From contig JBIIJX010000002.1 in assembly GCA_044233495.1 (NCBI GenBank), forward strand, positions 1-42,690: a stretch of DNA of 42,690 nt, written 5' to 3'. The notes under the pieces are model-generated. The model saw nothing but the letters and a program-made list of their open reading frames with translations, was not told the origin of the DNA and ran no database searches. Origin of the DNA: Candidatus Nanopelagicales bacterium. Lineage in GTDB: Bacteria; Actinomycetota; Actinomycetes; S36-B12. The position numbers were made by a program, and so were the translations under genes. Shown in pieces: positions 1 through 8,141 of the stretch. Position 1 is the stretch's first letter. Every line of letters starts with the position of its first letter.

Positions 1-205
1 GATCTGCGGCCGGCCGTTCTGGCCCGATGTCAGTTTCCCGATTCTGTTCGGGGGCGTGCGGGGCACAGTGATGTGCTCATCACCAAGCCTGCTGAATGGT
101 GAAGACCAGAGGCCCCGGACATTGCCAGGGCCTCGGACCCGGACACGGTGGACCGGGGGTGTTGTTGAAAGTATGGCACGCCGCACTCGCGGCGATCAAT
201 CGTCG

Positions 206-838
206 TCAGCGCGGGCGGGCGGCGATGAGGTCGCCGGTGCCGATCGTGATCGACGGGCTGAAGGTGTTGACCTTGAGTGCCTCGTTCAGCAGGTCGGCGG
301 CGTCCTGCCCGTTGATGCGCACCTCCACCCCGCGGAAGATCGACGTGACGGTGGCGGCTCCCCAGACGCGGCTGCGCGAGTCGATGTCGGAGATCAGCAG
401 CAGCGCCTCCTGCGATCCGTCCGGCAGCACGCAGTCGACGAGGCGCGCTGCCGTGTCGATGGTGGGCGTCGAGCAGCGCACGGAGACGCCCGTATCCCGG
501 TTGAGCAGCCGGAAGCCGCCGGCGGCGGCGTAGGCAGTGCCCGTCTTGGCGACCAGGGGCAGGGACAGGCGGGCGGTGATGCCCGACGCCGTCGTCACGA
601 CGGACCCGGGCATGACGCCGATGAGGGCGATGTCGTCGGCCTCCCACGTGGGCACGACGCCGTTGGCCGTGGTGAAGGAGAAGGTGCCGGTGATCGGGAT
701 GGTCTCGCCAGGCGGCAGGGCGTGAGCGGGAGACGACAGCAGGGCGACGGCAGACCCGGCGGCGACCATCGCAATCGCCGCAATCACCGCAATCACCGCA
801 CGGTGCAGGACGCGGGCGTGCCACGGCGTGCGGCGCAT
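206..838 (-). CDS. secreted hypothetical protein (signal peptide, no recognisable domain)
   Basis: 210-aa ORF. It has a basic N-terminus, a hydrophobic helix and an AHA-type cleavage motif. Third-codon positions are almost all G/C in this frame. The overlapping 30..845 ORF is Arg-rich shadow sequence. Confidence 0.6.
   Translation of the reverse strand: MRRTPWHARVLHRAVIAVIAAIAMVAAGSAVALLSSPAHALPPGETIPITGTFSFTTANGVVPTWEADDIALIGVMPGSVVTTASGITARLSLPLVAKTGTAYAAAGGFRLLNRDTGVSVRCSTPTIDTAARLVDCVLPDGSQEALLLISDIDSRSRVWGAATVTSIFRGVEVRINGQDAADLLNEALKVNTFSPSITIGTGDLIAARPR
771..800. repeat. 9-bp in-frame tandem repeat (GCAATCGCC GCAATCACC GCAATCACC GCA) inside the signal-peptide helix of the 206..838 gene
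   Basis: Read directly from the sequence. It encodes the AVIAVIAAIA stretch. Confidence 0.6.
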
Positions 839-900
839 GAGCCACCCCCTGCCGTGATGCGTGTGTGACGGATGAGACGTTCCTACGTCAGGATAGCCCC

Positions 901-2274
901 GTGACCGACATTGCGAGCTCCGCCGAACCGCTGCGCGCTGCGCTCTCGGCGATCGTGGGTCCCGAGCACGTGCTGACGGACCCGGCGCTCATGGAGCAGT
1001 ACGTGGTCGACTGGGCGCAGCGCTGGCGCGGGACGGCCGCCTGCGTGGTGCGTCCCGGAACCACCGCAGAGGTCGCCGGCGTGCTGCGCGCCTGCTCGCA
1101 GTACGGCGTGCCCGTCGTGCCCCAGGGCGGCAACACCGGCCTCGTCGGGGGATCGGTGCCTGCGGCGGACGGCAGCCCCCTTCCCGTCGTGCTCTCCACC
1201 CGCCGCCTCGACACCCTCGGCCCCGTCGACGATCTCTCCGGCCAGGTCACCGTGGGCGCCGGAGCCACCCTCGGCGCCGTCCAGCGTCACGTCGCTGCGG
1301 CCGGCTGGCACTACGGAGTGGACCTCGCCGCTCGCGACTCCGCCACCATCGGCGGCACCGTCGCCACCAACGCCGGCGGCATCCACGTCGTCGCGTTCGG
1401 CATGACCCGGCTGCAGCTCGTCGGTGTCGAGGCTGTGCTCGCCGACGGCACCGTGCTCTCGCACCTCGCAGGGATGCTCAAGGACAACACCGGCTACGAC
1501 CTCGGCGCGCTCTTCTGCGGATCGGAGGGCACCCTCGGCGTCATCACGGCCGTGCGCCTTCGCCTGCACCGCCCACTCGGCCGCACGAGCGTCGCACTCG
1601 TCGGCGCCGAGTCGTACGACGAGGCCATCGCCCTGATGTCGTCGGCCGTCGATCCGTCCGTGCGCCTGCTCGCCGCCGAGGTGACGGACGAGACCGGGAT
1701 GGAGCTCGCCGGACGCCTGCGCGGCCTGCCCTGGCCGCTTGCGCGCCGCCACCCGCTCGTCGTGCTGCTCGAGGCCGCGGACGGCGGAGACGCGTCAGGC
1801 TTCACCGGCCTGCCGGACGACGCCGACGTCGTCATCGGGCTCGATGCGGCCGAGCAGGCGCGCCTGTGGTCGTTCCGCGAGGGGCAGGGCGAGGCCTTCA
1901 GCGCCCTCGGAGTGGCGCACAAGCTCGATGTCTCGGTGCCGTTGCCGTCGCTCGCCGCCTGCGCGGACGAGCTCCGCGGCATCGTCGGCGGCTGGCCCAC
2001 TGTTGAGCGCTTCGGCGTCTTCGGCCACCTCGCCGACGGCAACATCCACGTCGAGATGGTCGGCCCGGATGCCGACGACCTCGCCGTCGACCACGCCGTG
2101 ATGGAGTGCGTGGCCCGCTACGGCGGGTCGGTGTCGGCCGAGCACGGGGTCGGGCGGTCGAAGGCCGGCGAGCTGCACCTGTGCCGGTCAGCGGAGGAGA
2201 TCGCTGCGATGCGGGCCCTGAAGGCCGCCTGGGACCCCGCCGGGCTGATGAACCCGGGCGTGCTGTTCGCGTAG
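901..2274 (+). CDS. FAD-linked oxidase (GlcD / D-lactate / D-2-hydroxyacid dehydrogenase family)
   Basis: ORF 865..2274. FAD_binding_4-like PQGGNTGLVGGSVP and C-terminal SAEHGVGRSK motifs. Start placed at GTG 901 (AGGA 8 nt upstream; rare codons lie between 865 and 900). GTG 865 is the alternative. Confidence 0.85.
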   Translation: MTDIASSAEPLRAALSAIVGPEHVLTDPALMEQYVVDWAQRWRGTAACVVRPGTTAEVAGVLRACSQYGVPVVPQGGNTGLVGGSVPAADGSPLPVVLSTRRLDTLGPVDDLSGQVTVGAGATLGAVQRHVAAAGWHYGVDLAARDSATIGGTVATNAGGIHVVAFGMTRLQLVGVEAVLADGTVLSHLAGMLKDNTGYDLGALFCGSEGTLGVITAVRLRLHRPLGRTSVALVGAESYDEAIALMSSAVDPSVRLLAAEVTDETGMELAGRLRGLPWPLARRHPLVVLLEAADGGDASGFTGLPDDADVVIGLDAAEQARLWSFREGQGEAFSALGVAHKLDVSVPLPSLAACADELRGIVGGWPTVERFGVFGHLADGNIHVEMVGPDADDLAVDHAVMECVARYGGSVSAEHGVGRSKAGELHLCRSAEEIAAMRALKAAWDPAGLMNPGVLFA

Positions 2275-2309
2275 CCGCGCTCAGGGTGCCTGCGTCGGGC
2301 TGGTGTCTA

Positions 2310-2336
2310 TTCTGAAATTCTGTCAGAATTTCAGAA
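2310..2336. promoter_or_regulatory. perfect 13-1-13 palindrome TTCTGAAATTCTG-T-CAGAATTTCAGAA, probable VapB operator/promoter
   Basis: Perfect inverted repeat read directly. It is an AT-rich island in GC-rich DNA, 27 nt upstream of the vapB ATG. AbrB-type antitoxins classically autoregulate through such palindromes. Confidence 0.6.
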
Positions 2337-2362
2337 TTCGTCGTAGTCCCCAGGAGGTGCAC

Positions 2363-2629
2363 ATGACCCCGGTCGTCGTGCGGCAGCGCAACCAGATCAC
2401 GATCCCCAAGGCCATCGCCGAGCAGGCGGGCATCACCGAGGGCACGGTCATCGACCTCGTCTACGCCGACGGGGTCATCACCGTGCGGCTCCCGGAGCAC
2501 GGCCGGGAGTCGTTCGACATGGACCGGTTCGTGGGTATCGGCCACGGCGCGTGGGGGCGTACCGAGGAGGAGATCGACCGCTACATCCGCGAACTCCGAG
2601 ACGAGGACGACCCGGACGTGTCCGGATGA
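2363..2629 (+). CDS. vapB: AbrB/SpoVT-fold antitoxin (VapB-like)
   Basis: ATG 2363 preceded by the CCAGGAGG RBS. The N-terminal VVRQRNQITIPKAIAEQAGI matches a SpoVT-AbrB swapped-hairpin motif, and the C-terminus is acidic. The stop overlaps the downstream PIN gene start (ATGA at 2626..2629). Confidence 0.8.
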   Translation: MTPVVVRQRNQITIPKAIAEQAGITEGTVIDLVYADGVITVRLPEHGRESFDMDRFVGIGHGAWGRTEEEIDRYIRELRDEDDPDVSG

Positions 2630-3063
2630 GCGCCCCGTTTCCCGGGCGTGTCTATCTCGACAGCAACATCCTGATCTACCTCCTGGAGAACTCTCCGCGG
2701 TGGGGCGCGCCCGCGCGGTCACTCCTGACAGCCTGCGCGGCCGGCCAGGTGGACGCGGTCGTGGGAGAGGCGGTCGTTGCAGAGGTCATGGTGGGCGCAT
2801 TCCGCTCCGGATCAGACGACCTCCTCGGCAAGACAACAGCCCTGTTCTCGGACGGTCCCATGACGGTTGTGGGTCACGACGGGGGAGTGTTCCTCGAGGC
2901 CGCGCGCATCCGCGCCCGATTCGGAGGCAACCTCATCGACGCCCTGCATGTCGCCACGGCGATCGCCGCGGGATGCGACGCCGTCGTGTCGCAGGACTCC
3001 CGCATGCCGCGGATACCCGGGATGCCCGTCTTGCGCGTCGACGAGATCGCGCTGACCAGTTGA
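2626..3063 (+). CDS. vapC: PIN-domain ribonuclease toxin (VapC-like)
   Basis: 145 aa from ATG 2626. PIN acidic residues lie in VYLDSNILIYLLE, in GEAVVAE, and in IDALHVATAIAAGCDAVVSQDSRM. 4-nt overlap with vapB. Confidence 0.85.
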   Translation: MSAPFPGRVYLDSNILIYLLENSPRWGAPARSLLTACAAGQVDAVVGEAVVAEVMVGAFRSGSDDLLGKTTALFSDGPMTVVGHDGGVFLEAARIRARFGGNLIDALHVATAIAAGCDAVVSQDSRMPRIPGMPVLRVDEIALTS

Positions 3064-3075
3064 CGATGTCAGGCG

Positions 3076-3744
3076 CTACGCGAGCACCGCGCGCAGTGCC
3101 TGCGGCGAGTCCACCAGCTGCACCGCACCCGCACCGAGCAGTTCTTCGGGGCTGCCATACCCCCACAGCACGCCGATCGTGTCGATGCCGTGCACGTGCG
3201 CACCGTGCACGTCATGCTCGCGGTCGCCGACCATGACCATCCGCGCATCGGCATCGAGCCGACCTCGCACGTGCAACTCCTCCAGCGTGTGGGCAATGAC
3301 GGCTGCCTTGTCGTGCCGAGTGCCGGCGAGGTCGGCTCCGCCGATGAAGGCGAGGTGCTGTGCGAGGTCGAAGTGCTCGAGGATGCGCGTCGCGGAGTAG
3401 GTCGGCTTGCTTGTCGAGATCGCCAGCACGAACCCGGCATCGTCAAGAGACTGCAGCAGTTCCGGGATGCCGTCGTACACGGAGTTCTCGAACAGGCCGA
3501 CCTCGTGGTAGCGCTCGCGGTACTTGGCGATCGCGTAGTCGATCTGCTCGCTCGACATCCCGAAGTGACGACCGAAGGTGTCGGCCAGTGGCGGCCCGAG
3601 AAAAGTGCGCATCGTGGCGTCGTCCGGATGGGCGATGCCCATGTCGTCGAGCGCGTACAGGATGCAGTTGACGATGCCGGGCCCCGCATCGGTCAGGGTC
3701 CCGTCGAGGTCGAGCAGCACCACGTCCGCGCGTCGTTCCGTCAC
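3076..3744 (-). CDS. HAD-superfamily phosphatase (phosphoglycolate phosphatase/PpaX-like subfamily IA)
   Basis: Motif I LLDLDGTLTD, motif II ISTSK, motif IV MVGDREHDV. Start set at GTG 3744. The Arg-rich N-terminal extension of ORF 3076..3954 overlaps the upstream gene and was discarded. Confidence 0.8.
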   Translation of the reverse strand: MTERRADVVLLDLDGTLTDAGPGIVNCILYALDDMGIAHPDDATMRTFLGPPLADTFGRHFGMSSEQIDYAIAKYRERYHEVGLFENSVYDGIPELLQSLDDAGFVLAISTSKPTYSATRILEHFDLAQHLAFIGGADLAGTRHDKAAVIAHTLEELHVRGRLDADARMVMVGDREHDVHGAHVHGIDTIGVLWGYGSPEELLGAGAVQLVDSPQALRAVLA

Positions 3745-3782
3745 GGCGCGACTATCGCACACGAGCGAGGACGCTTCGGCAG

Positions 3783-4742
3783 TCAGGACTGCGCGGCCCA
3801 CGTGCGGGCGGAGACGAGGGACGCGACCAGCGGCTCGGCCAGCAGGCGCACGTCGTCGGCGTCGTCGTTCACGTACCGCAGGACGAATGCGGCCTGCTCG
3901 GCGTCGGCGCCGGCGACCACGACGGTCGAGCCACGCTGGGTCGTCCACTCCCACAACTGCGGCTCCCAGGTGGATCCGGGCAGCAGCAGCATGCGGTAGT
4001 CGGTGGTCTTCGTCAGGTAGACGTCGATATGCGACCAGTCACCGGTCTCGCACGCGATCGCCGGCAGGCGCGGGCCCTCGCGCAGCATGAGCGCGCTCTG
4101 CTGCGCGCTCGACAGTCGTCGCACCGGAGCGACGAAGGTCGTGCCGGTCGGGCCCAGCAGGAGACCGGCGACCTCGTCGAGCCAGGCGTCGCGCCGGCCC
4201 AGGAGATCCTCGGTCGCCGCGATGGCCCCACGCAGCGCACTCGTGGCGAAGGCCGAGCCCGTCAGCCGATCGACGAGCGCGAGGTGCAGGGCCAGAGTGT
4301 GCGTGAAGGAGCGGCACGCGACGCCACCCTCCTCGACACCGGCGTGCAGAGAGACATGGGCGTCACCCAGCGCCTCGATCGCGGATCCCGCGGTGTTCGT
4401 CACTGTGACGATGCGGCAGCGACCGGCATAGTGCCGCGTCGCCGCCAGGGTCTCGGCGGATCCGCCCGACGCGGACACGGCGATGACGACATCGTCCGCG
4501 TCGACCAGCGGCAGCGGGTCGGCGCTCGCCAGCACCGCATGCGCCACGATGCCCGCCGCCTGCAGGCGCAGTGCGAGCACGCAGTTCGCGAAGTGCGAGG
4601 AGCCCATCCCGAGCAGCACGATGCGGCGCGGTGTCGCGCCGATCGCCTGCGCCCAGGGGTCGTCGTGCTCGAGCACCTGCAGCAGCTCGCGGAAGCGCGA
4701 CGGGCCCAGCTCGAGGTCCTGGGAGAACAGCAGCGGATCCAT
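3783..4742 (-). CDS. SIS-domain phosphosugar isomerase/binding protein (GlmS-isomerase / AgaS-like)
   Basis: LLGMGSSHFA and VIAVSASGGSAET SIS motifs, with a second SIS-like half. ATG 4742..4740 overlaps the upstream kinase stop (TGATG). Confidence 0.8.
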   Translation of the reverse strand: MDPLLFSQDLELGPSRFRELLQVLEHDDPWAQAIGATPRRIVLLGMGSSHFANCVLALRLQAAGIVAHAVLASADPLPLVDADDVVIAVSASGGSAETLAATRHYAGRCRIVTVTNTAGSAIEALGDAHVSLHAGVEEGGVACRSFTHTLALHLALVDRLTGSAFATSALRGAIAATEDLLGRRDAWLDEVAGLLLGPTGTTFVAPVRRLSSAQQSALMLREGPRLPAIACETGDWSHIDVYLTKTTDYRMLLLPGSTWEPQLWEWTTQRGSTVVVAGADAEQAAFVLRYVNDDADDVRLLAEPLVASLVSARTWAAQS

Positions 4743-6058
4743 CAGGACTCCCTTGCAGCGTCGTCGGGGAACAGCTCGGTGAGCACGGCATCCGGCACGT
4801 ATGTCCAGTGCGGCAGGTAGCGGACCGCGTACAGATACTCGCGCACCTCCTGGTCGATCATCAGGGCGGGCAGCAGGCGCTCGTCGAGCAGGTCGCTGAG
4901 CCCGGCGCCGCTGAGCACCGACTGGTAGGCGTCGATGAAGGCGCCCTGCGCGATCGGGATCCATGCGCGAGCTGGTCCAGGATCCAGCCCGGGAGTGCGG
5001 TGGTTCACCACGCGCGCGACGTGGTCGATCGACGCGAGCATGCCCGCGACATCGCGAGCCGCGGGCTGGCGTGCACTGCGCTCCTCAGGCGACAGCACGG
5101 GATTGCCGTCGAAGTCGACGAAGGCCAGTCGAGTGCCGCCGTCCGGCAGCGGACTGCTGAGCACCTGGCCGATGTGGAGATCGCCATGGATGTCGATCAC
5201 GGGTGTCGACTCGATGCCGTCGAGCCCGGTGAGGACGTGCTCGAGCCGGGCCCTACGGCCCCGCAGCCGGTCACCCTCGGCGCCGTCGACCGTGACTGCC
5301 GCCTCTTCCAGGTCGGCGAGGCACGCCGCCTGCAGGCGGGCGACGTCGGCCGACGCCCACGTCGAGATGCCCGAGCCCGCGAGTGCCACATGCATGCGGG
5401 CCGCCATCGCACCGATCCGGGCGAACGGCGTGATCGCGTCGACATCCTCACCGCGGACGTGCGCGCGCACGAGCTCGACCGCCCACGTCCAGCCGTCAGT
5501 GGCGTCGGGCAGGGCGTCGGCGGCGGTCAGGACGGTGCATCGCACGCCGTCGGCCCGTCGCCAGCCGACTATCGCCCGCACCGGCGGGACGGTGTCAGAG
5601 CCGGCCAGCACCCGCAGGCGAGCGGGGGCCGGCGAGGGCGCCGCATCCAGCTGCCACTTGACCATGACATCACCGAGCAGCACCGAGTCGTTGCTCTGAT
5701 CGACATCCAGCGCCACGGCATCCCGGGACGGGATGCCGCCGCCCATGACCTCCACCTCGAAGGCTCCCTGCTCGCCACTCCTCAGGAGTGACGCGACAGC
5801 AGGATCCCGATGGAAGGCGCCACCGTCGACGTATCCGGGCGCGATCACGTCCCTGTCGCCGATGCGGACGACGGCGACACCTGCGGGGCGTCCGGCGGCA
5901 TCGTGGCCGAGGTCGAGCACGTCGAGAACCCGCACGTCACCGGTCAGGGACGCCGCCCGCGCCTGAGATCGATCGGGCAGCAGGTCTGCGGGATCCGTCG
6001 ACGCGAGAGCGGCGACGAATGCCGGACTCGTCACATCCGCGTCATCGGGAGTCGGCAT
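4742..6058 (-). CDS. maltokinase-like APH-fold sugar kinase (candidate glucosamine kinase family)
   Basis: Catalytic loop IHGDLHIGQVL and metal-binding VDFDGNP, as in Mak/Pep2-type kinases. Start at ATG 6058 (17-nt overlap with the GT stop) or GTG 6034 (7 nt after the GT stop). Confidence 0.75.
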   Translation of the reverse strand: MPTPDDADVTSPAFVAALASTDPADLLPDRSQARAASLTGDVRVLDVLDLGHDAAGRPAGVAVVRIGDRDVIAPGYVDGGAFHRDPAVASLLRSGEQGAFEVEVMGGGIPSRDAVALDVDQSNDSVLLGDVMVKWQLDAAPSPAPARLRVLAGSDTVPPVRAIVGWRRADGVRCTVLTAADALPDATDGWTWAVELVRAHVRGEDVDAITPFARIGAMAARMHVALAGSGISTWASADVARLQAACLADLEEAAVTVDGAEGDRLRGRRARLEHVLTGLDGIESTPVIDIHGDLHIGQVLSSPLPDGGTRLAFVDFDGNPVLSPEERSARQPAARDVAGMLASIDHVARVVNHRTPGLDPGPARAWIPIAQGAFIDAYQSVLSGAGLSDLLDERLLPALMIDQEVREYLYAVRYLPHWTYVPDAVLTELFPDDAARES

Positions 6059-7358
6059 ACGCGCGCGCGACCCGCTCGATCGCATCGGCGCCCACCTGCG
6101 TGCCGTTGCGGGACCTGATGGCCTCGCCCATGCGCGCCATGCGCGCGCGCAGCTGGGTGTCACCGAGGAGATCCGCGAGTGCCGATGTCATCTGCTCATC
6201 GGTGAAGGCATACGTCGCGAGGCGGCGGCCGAAGCCGAGCTCGTGCATGCGCTGGGCGTTGTCGTACTGGTCCCAGAACAGCGGAAGCAGGATCATGGGC
6301 TTGCCGAAGTGCATTGACTCCGTGGTGGTGTTGTTGCCGCCATGCGTGATGACGAGGTCGACCTCGGGAATGATGCGCGTCTGCGGAACGAACTCGGCGC
6401 CGACCATGTTGGCGGCCAGCTCGTACTCCGCGTGCTGAGGGCCCTTCGACACGATGTAGCGATGCGGTGTGCGGCCGAGCACGTCGATGAGCCGGCGCAT
6501 GAGGTCGACATCCGCACTGCCCAGCGATCCCAGTGACAGGTAGATCAGGGCGCTGCCCTCAGGCCGGTCGGCAACCTCCGCAGGGATCGTGTACGGCTCG
6601 TCGGTACTGCGCACGGAGGAGTCCATGCGCACCCAGGTGGCGTCGAGCGGCCGTTCCGCGGTGTAGTCCGCCTCCTGCGGGTACACGTACAGGTTCGCGT
6701 GGTCCGACGCGTGGATGAACTCGAGGTCGGGCAGGGCCGGGGCACCGGACTCGACCACGAAGGCGTTGAAGGCCTCCCACATCTCACGGTGGGTGCGCTC
6801 GTACTCCGCGCGGAAGGCCGGCCATGCGGACGGATCGTCCTGCGCGTATCCGGAGAAGGTCGGCGCGACACCCGGCCCCTTCATCTCCAGCGGGTTGCAT
6901 GACACGATCCGCACGAACGGCGCATCAGCGGTGACTGTTGCCGGGAAGCAGATGACGTTGTCCTCGACGATGACGTCCGGCTTGACCCGCGCGATGATCT
7001 CTCGAAGGCGGGGCTCGCAGTACGTGGCTCCGTCGATGAGGGCCTGGAACGTCGGCTGGATGAAGGTCGACAGCTGCTCGATGGTGGGCTTGCGGAACTC
7101 CGGTGCCGTCTCGCGGATGAACTCCTTCCAGAACGCGCCGGCGTCATCGTCACCGGAGGCGTCCTCGGGCGGCGCCGCGAGGTCGACGAGCTCCTCCTCG
7201 AAACCCAGCGGCGACAGGCGGCCCTTCCAGGACGATTCCGCAGCGAACACGACCCGGTGGCCGCGGTCGAGCAGCACCTTGCCGATCCCGATGCACTGGT
7301 TCGTCGGACCGTAGGCGGACTCGGGCCAGAACAGGATGGTCAGGGGGCGCTCGCTCAT
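6042..7358 (-). CDS. GT1-family glycosyltransferase (MGT/UGT-like)
   Basis: 438 aa from ATG 7358. C-terminal nucleotide-sugar signature HGGNNTTTESMHFGKPMILLPLFWDQYDNA. The ATG overlaps the TetR stop (ATGA 7355..7358). Confidence 0.85.
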   Translation of the reverse strand: MSERPLTILFWPESAYGPTNQCIGIGKVLLDRGHRVVFAAESSWKGRLSPLGFEEELVDLAAPPEDASGDDDAGAFWKEFIRETAPEFRKPTIEQLSTFIQPTFQALIDGATYCEPRLREIIARVKPDVIVEDNVICFPATVTADAPFVRIVSCNPLEMKGPGVAPTFSGYAQDDPSAWPAFRAEYERTHREMWEAFNAFVVESGAPALPDLEFIHASDHANLYVYPQEADYTAERPLDATWVRMDSSVRSTDEPYTIPAEVADRPEGSALIYLSLGSLGSADVDLMRRLIDVLGRTPHRYIVSKGPQHAEYELAANMVGAEFVPQTRIIPEVDLVITHGGNNTTTESMHFGKPMILLPLFWDQYDNAQRMHELGFGRRLATYAFTDEQMTSALADLLGDTQLRARMARMGEAIRSRNGTQVGADAIERVARAYADSR

Positions 7359-8005
7359 GAGCCGTGCTCCTCGATGTCGGGTCGGGTGGTGGTCGGGTCG
7401 GTGGTTCGCGCAGGAGCAGCGAGCGGATGTCCCGTGGCCATGCGGGCGTAGTCGAGGATCAGCTCGACCGCAGCGTCGTAGTCGATGGTCGGGTGCTGCG
7501 CCATGATGCGGTAGCCGTAGGCGTCCTCGAGGGCGACGAGGTTGCGGGCGATCGTCTCGGCGGGCTGCCGCAGGTCGAACACTCCCGTGGCGGACCCGAC
7601 CTCGAGCATCGTCGTGTACATCCCCACCTGGCGATCGAACAGGCCGGTGAGCAGCAAGGCGTAGACCGTGTTCCGTGCCGCCTCGCCGGCCAGGGCGCAC
7701 AGCAGGCGGACGTCCTCGTCGTGCCGATCACGCGGGACGCCGAGAGTGATCGTCACGCGCAGGCGTGCGGCCGGATCACCGAGACCCTCGATGGCGGCAA
7801 GGCGCGCGTTGTAGAAGCGCTCCATGCCGGCACGGTTGGCCTCGACGAGGAGGTCCTCGATCGCCGGATAGTGATAGAGCACCGCCCCGGAGGTGACCCC
7901 GGCCATGTCGGCGATCTGGTTGAGCCGCACGGACGAGCCGTGCTGCGCGATGGCTCGCTGGGCGGCGACGATGAGCTCAGCCTTGCGTCCGCCCCGGCTG
8001 CCCAC
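7355..8005 (-). CDS. TetR-family transcriptional regulator
   Basis: HTH SVRLNQIADMAGVTSGAVLYHY. Start set at GTG 8005 because third-position G/C collapses (about 6 of 17) across 8011..8060, an AT-rich stretch. The ATG at 8065 or 8086 would give longer forms. Confidence 0.8.
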   Translation of the reverse strand: MGSRGGRKAELIVAAQRAIAQHGSSVRLNQIADMAGVTSGAVLYHYPAIEDLLVEANRAGMERFYNARLAAIEGLGDPAARLRVTITLGVPRDRHDEDVRLLCALAGEAARNTVYALLLTGLFDRQVGMYTTMLEVGSATGVFDLRQPAETIARNLVALEDAYGYRIMAQHPTIDYDAAVELILDYARMATGHPLAAPARTTDPTTTRPDIEEHGS

Positions 8006-8026
8006 GTGTGGACTGTAGAAGTAACT

Positions 8027-8055
8027 GAATTGAGATTCAACAAGTTCGTCAATTC
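8027..8055. promoter_or_regulatory. inverted repeat GAATTGA-N15-TCAATTC in the AT-rich divergent promoter region (candidate TetR operator)
   Basis: 7-bp arms read directly. It lies in the 8006..8141 gap between the TetR operon and the ABC importer. Confidence 0.3.
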
Positions 8056-8141
8056 TCGGAAACATGGGCACGCGATGCTGTTTCATGGCCTGAACGTCCA
8101 TGCAGTCCCGCCTCCAGACGCGGGTACGAGAAGGGGAAACC

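Noticed and set aside
1-205. Lower-G+C stretch at the window start with small hairpins (GTGATG-TGCT-CATCAC at 68..83; GAGGCCC/GGGCCTC around 109..134). I considered a possible sRNA or terminator.
   Set aside because: The stems are only 5 to 7 bp, the region is truncated by the window edge, and nothing distinguishes it from ordinary 3' intergenic sequence.
30-845. 271-aa minus-strand ORF, and similar long Arg/Pro/Gly-rich ORFs elsewhere (for example 13393..14850 -, 39321..40832 -, 41606..42685 -, 22275..23507 -, 30384..31940 +).
   Set aside because: Their composition is typical of out-of-frame or antisense shadows in high-G+C DNA. Each overlaps a gene with clear motifs and a strong third-position G/C bias.
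6042-7700. Long N-terminal extensions offered by the ORF track (also 3076..3954, 3783..4964, 33842..35218, 32484..33488, 33259..34038, 11691..13403, 13144..14871, 22353..23465, 35483..36958, 2551..3063).
   Set aside because: The extensions are Arg-rich, overlap the upstream gene and lack family similarity. Internal starts with an RBS or with start/stop overlap fit better.
8045-8055. The identical 11-mer TTCGTCAATTC occurs at 8045..8055 (TetR promoter region) and at 37769..37779 (hydrolase/trpB2 intergenic). I considered a shared regulator site.
   Set aside because: A single shared 11-mer in 42.7 kb is within chance expectation. Both copies simply contain a TTGAC -35-like core.
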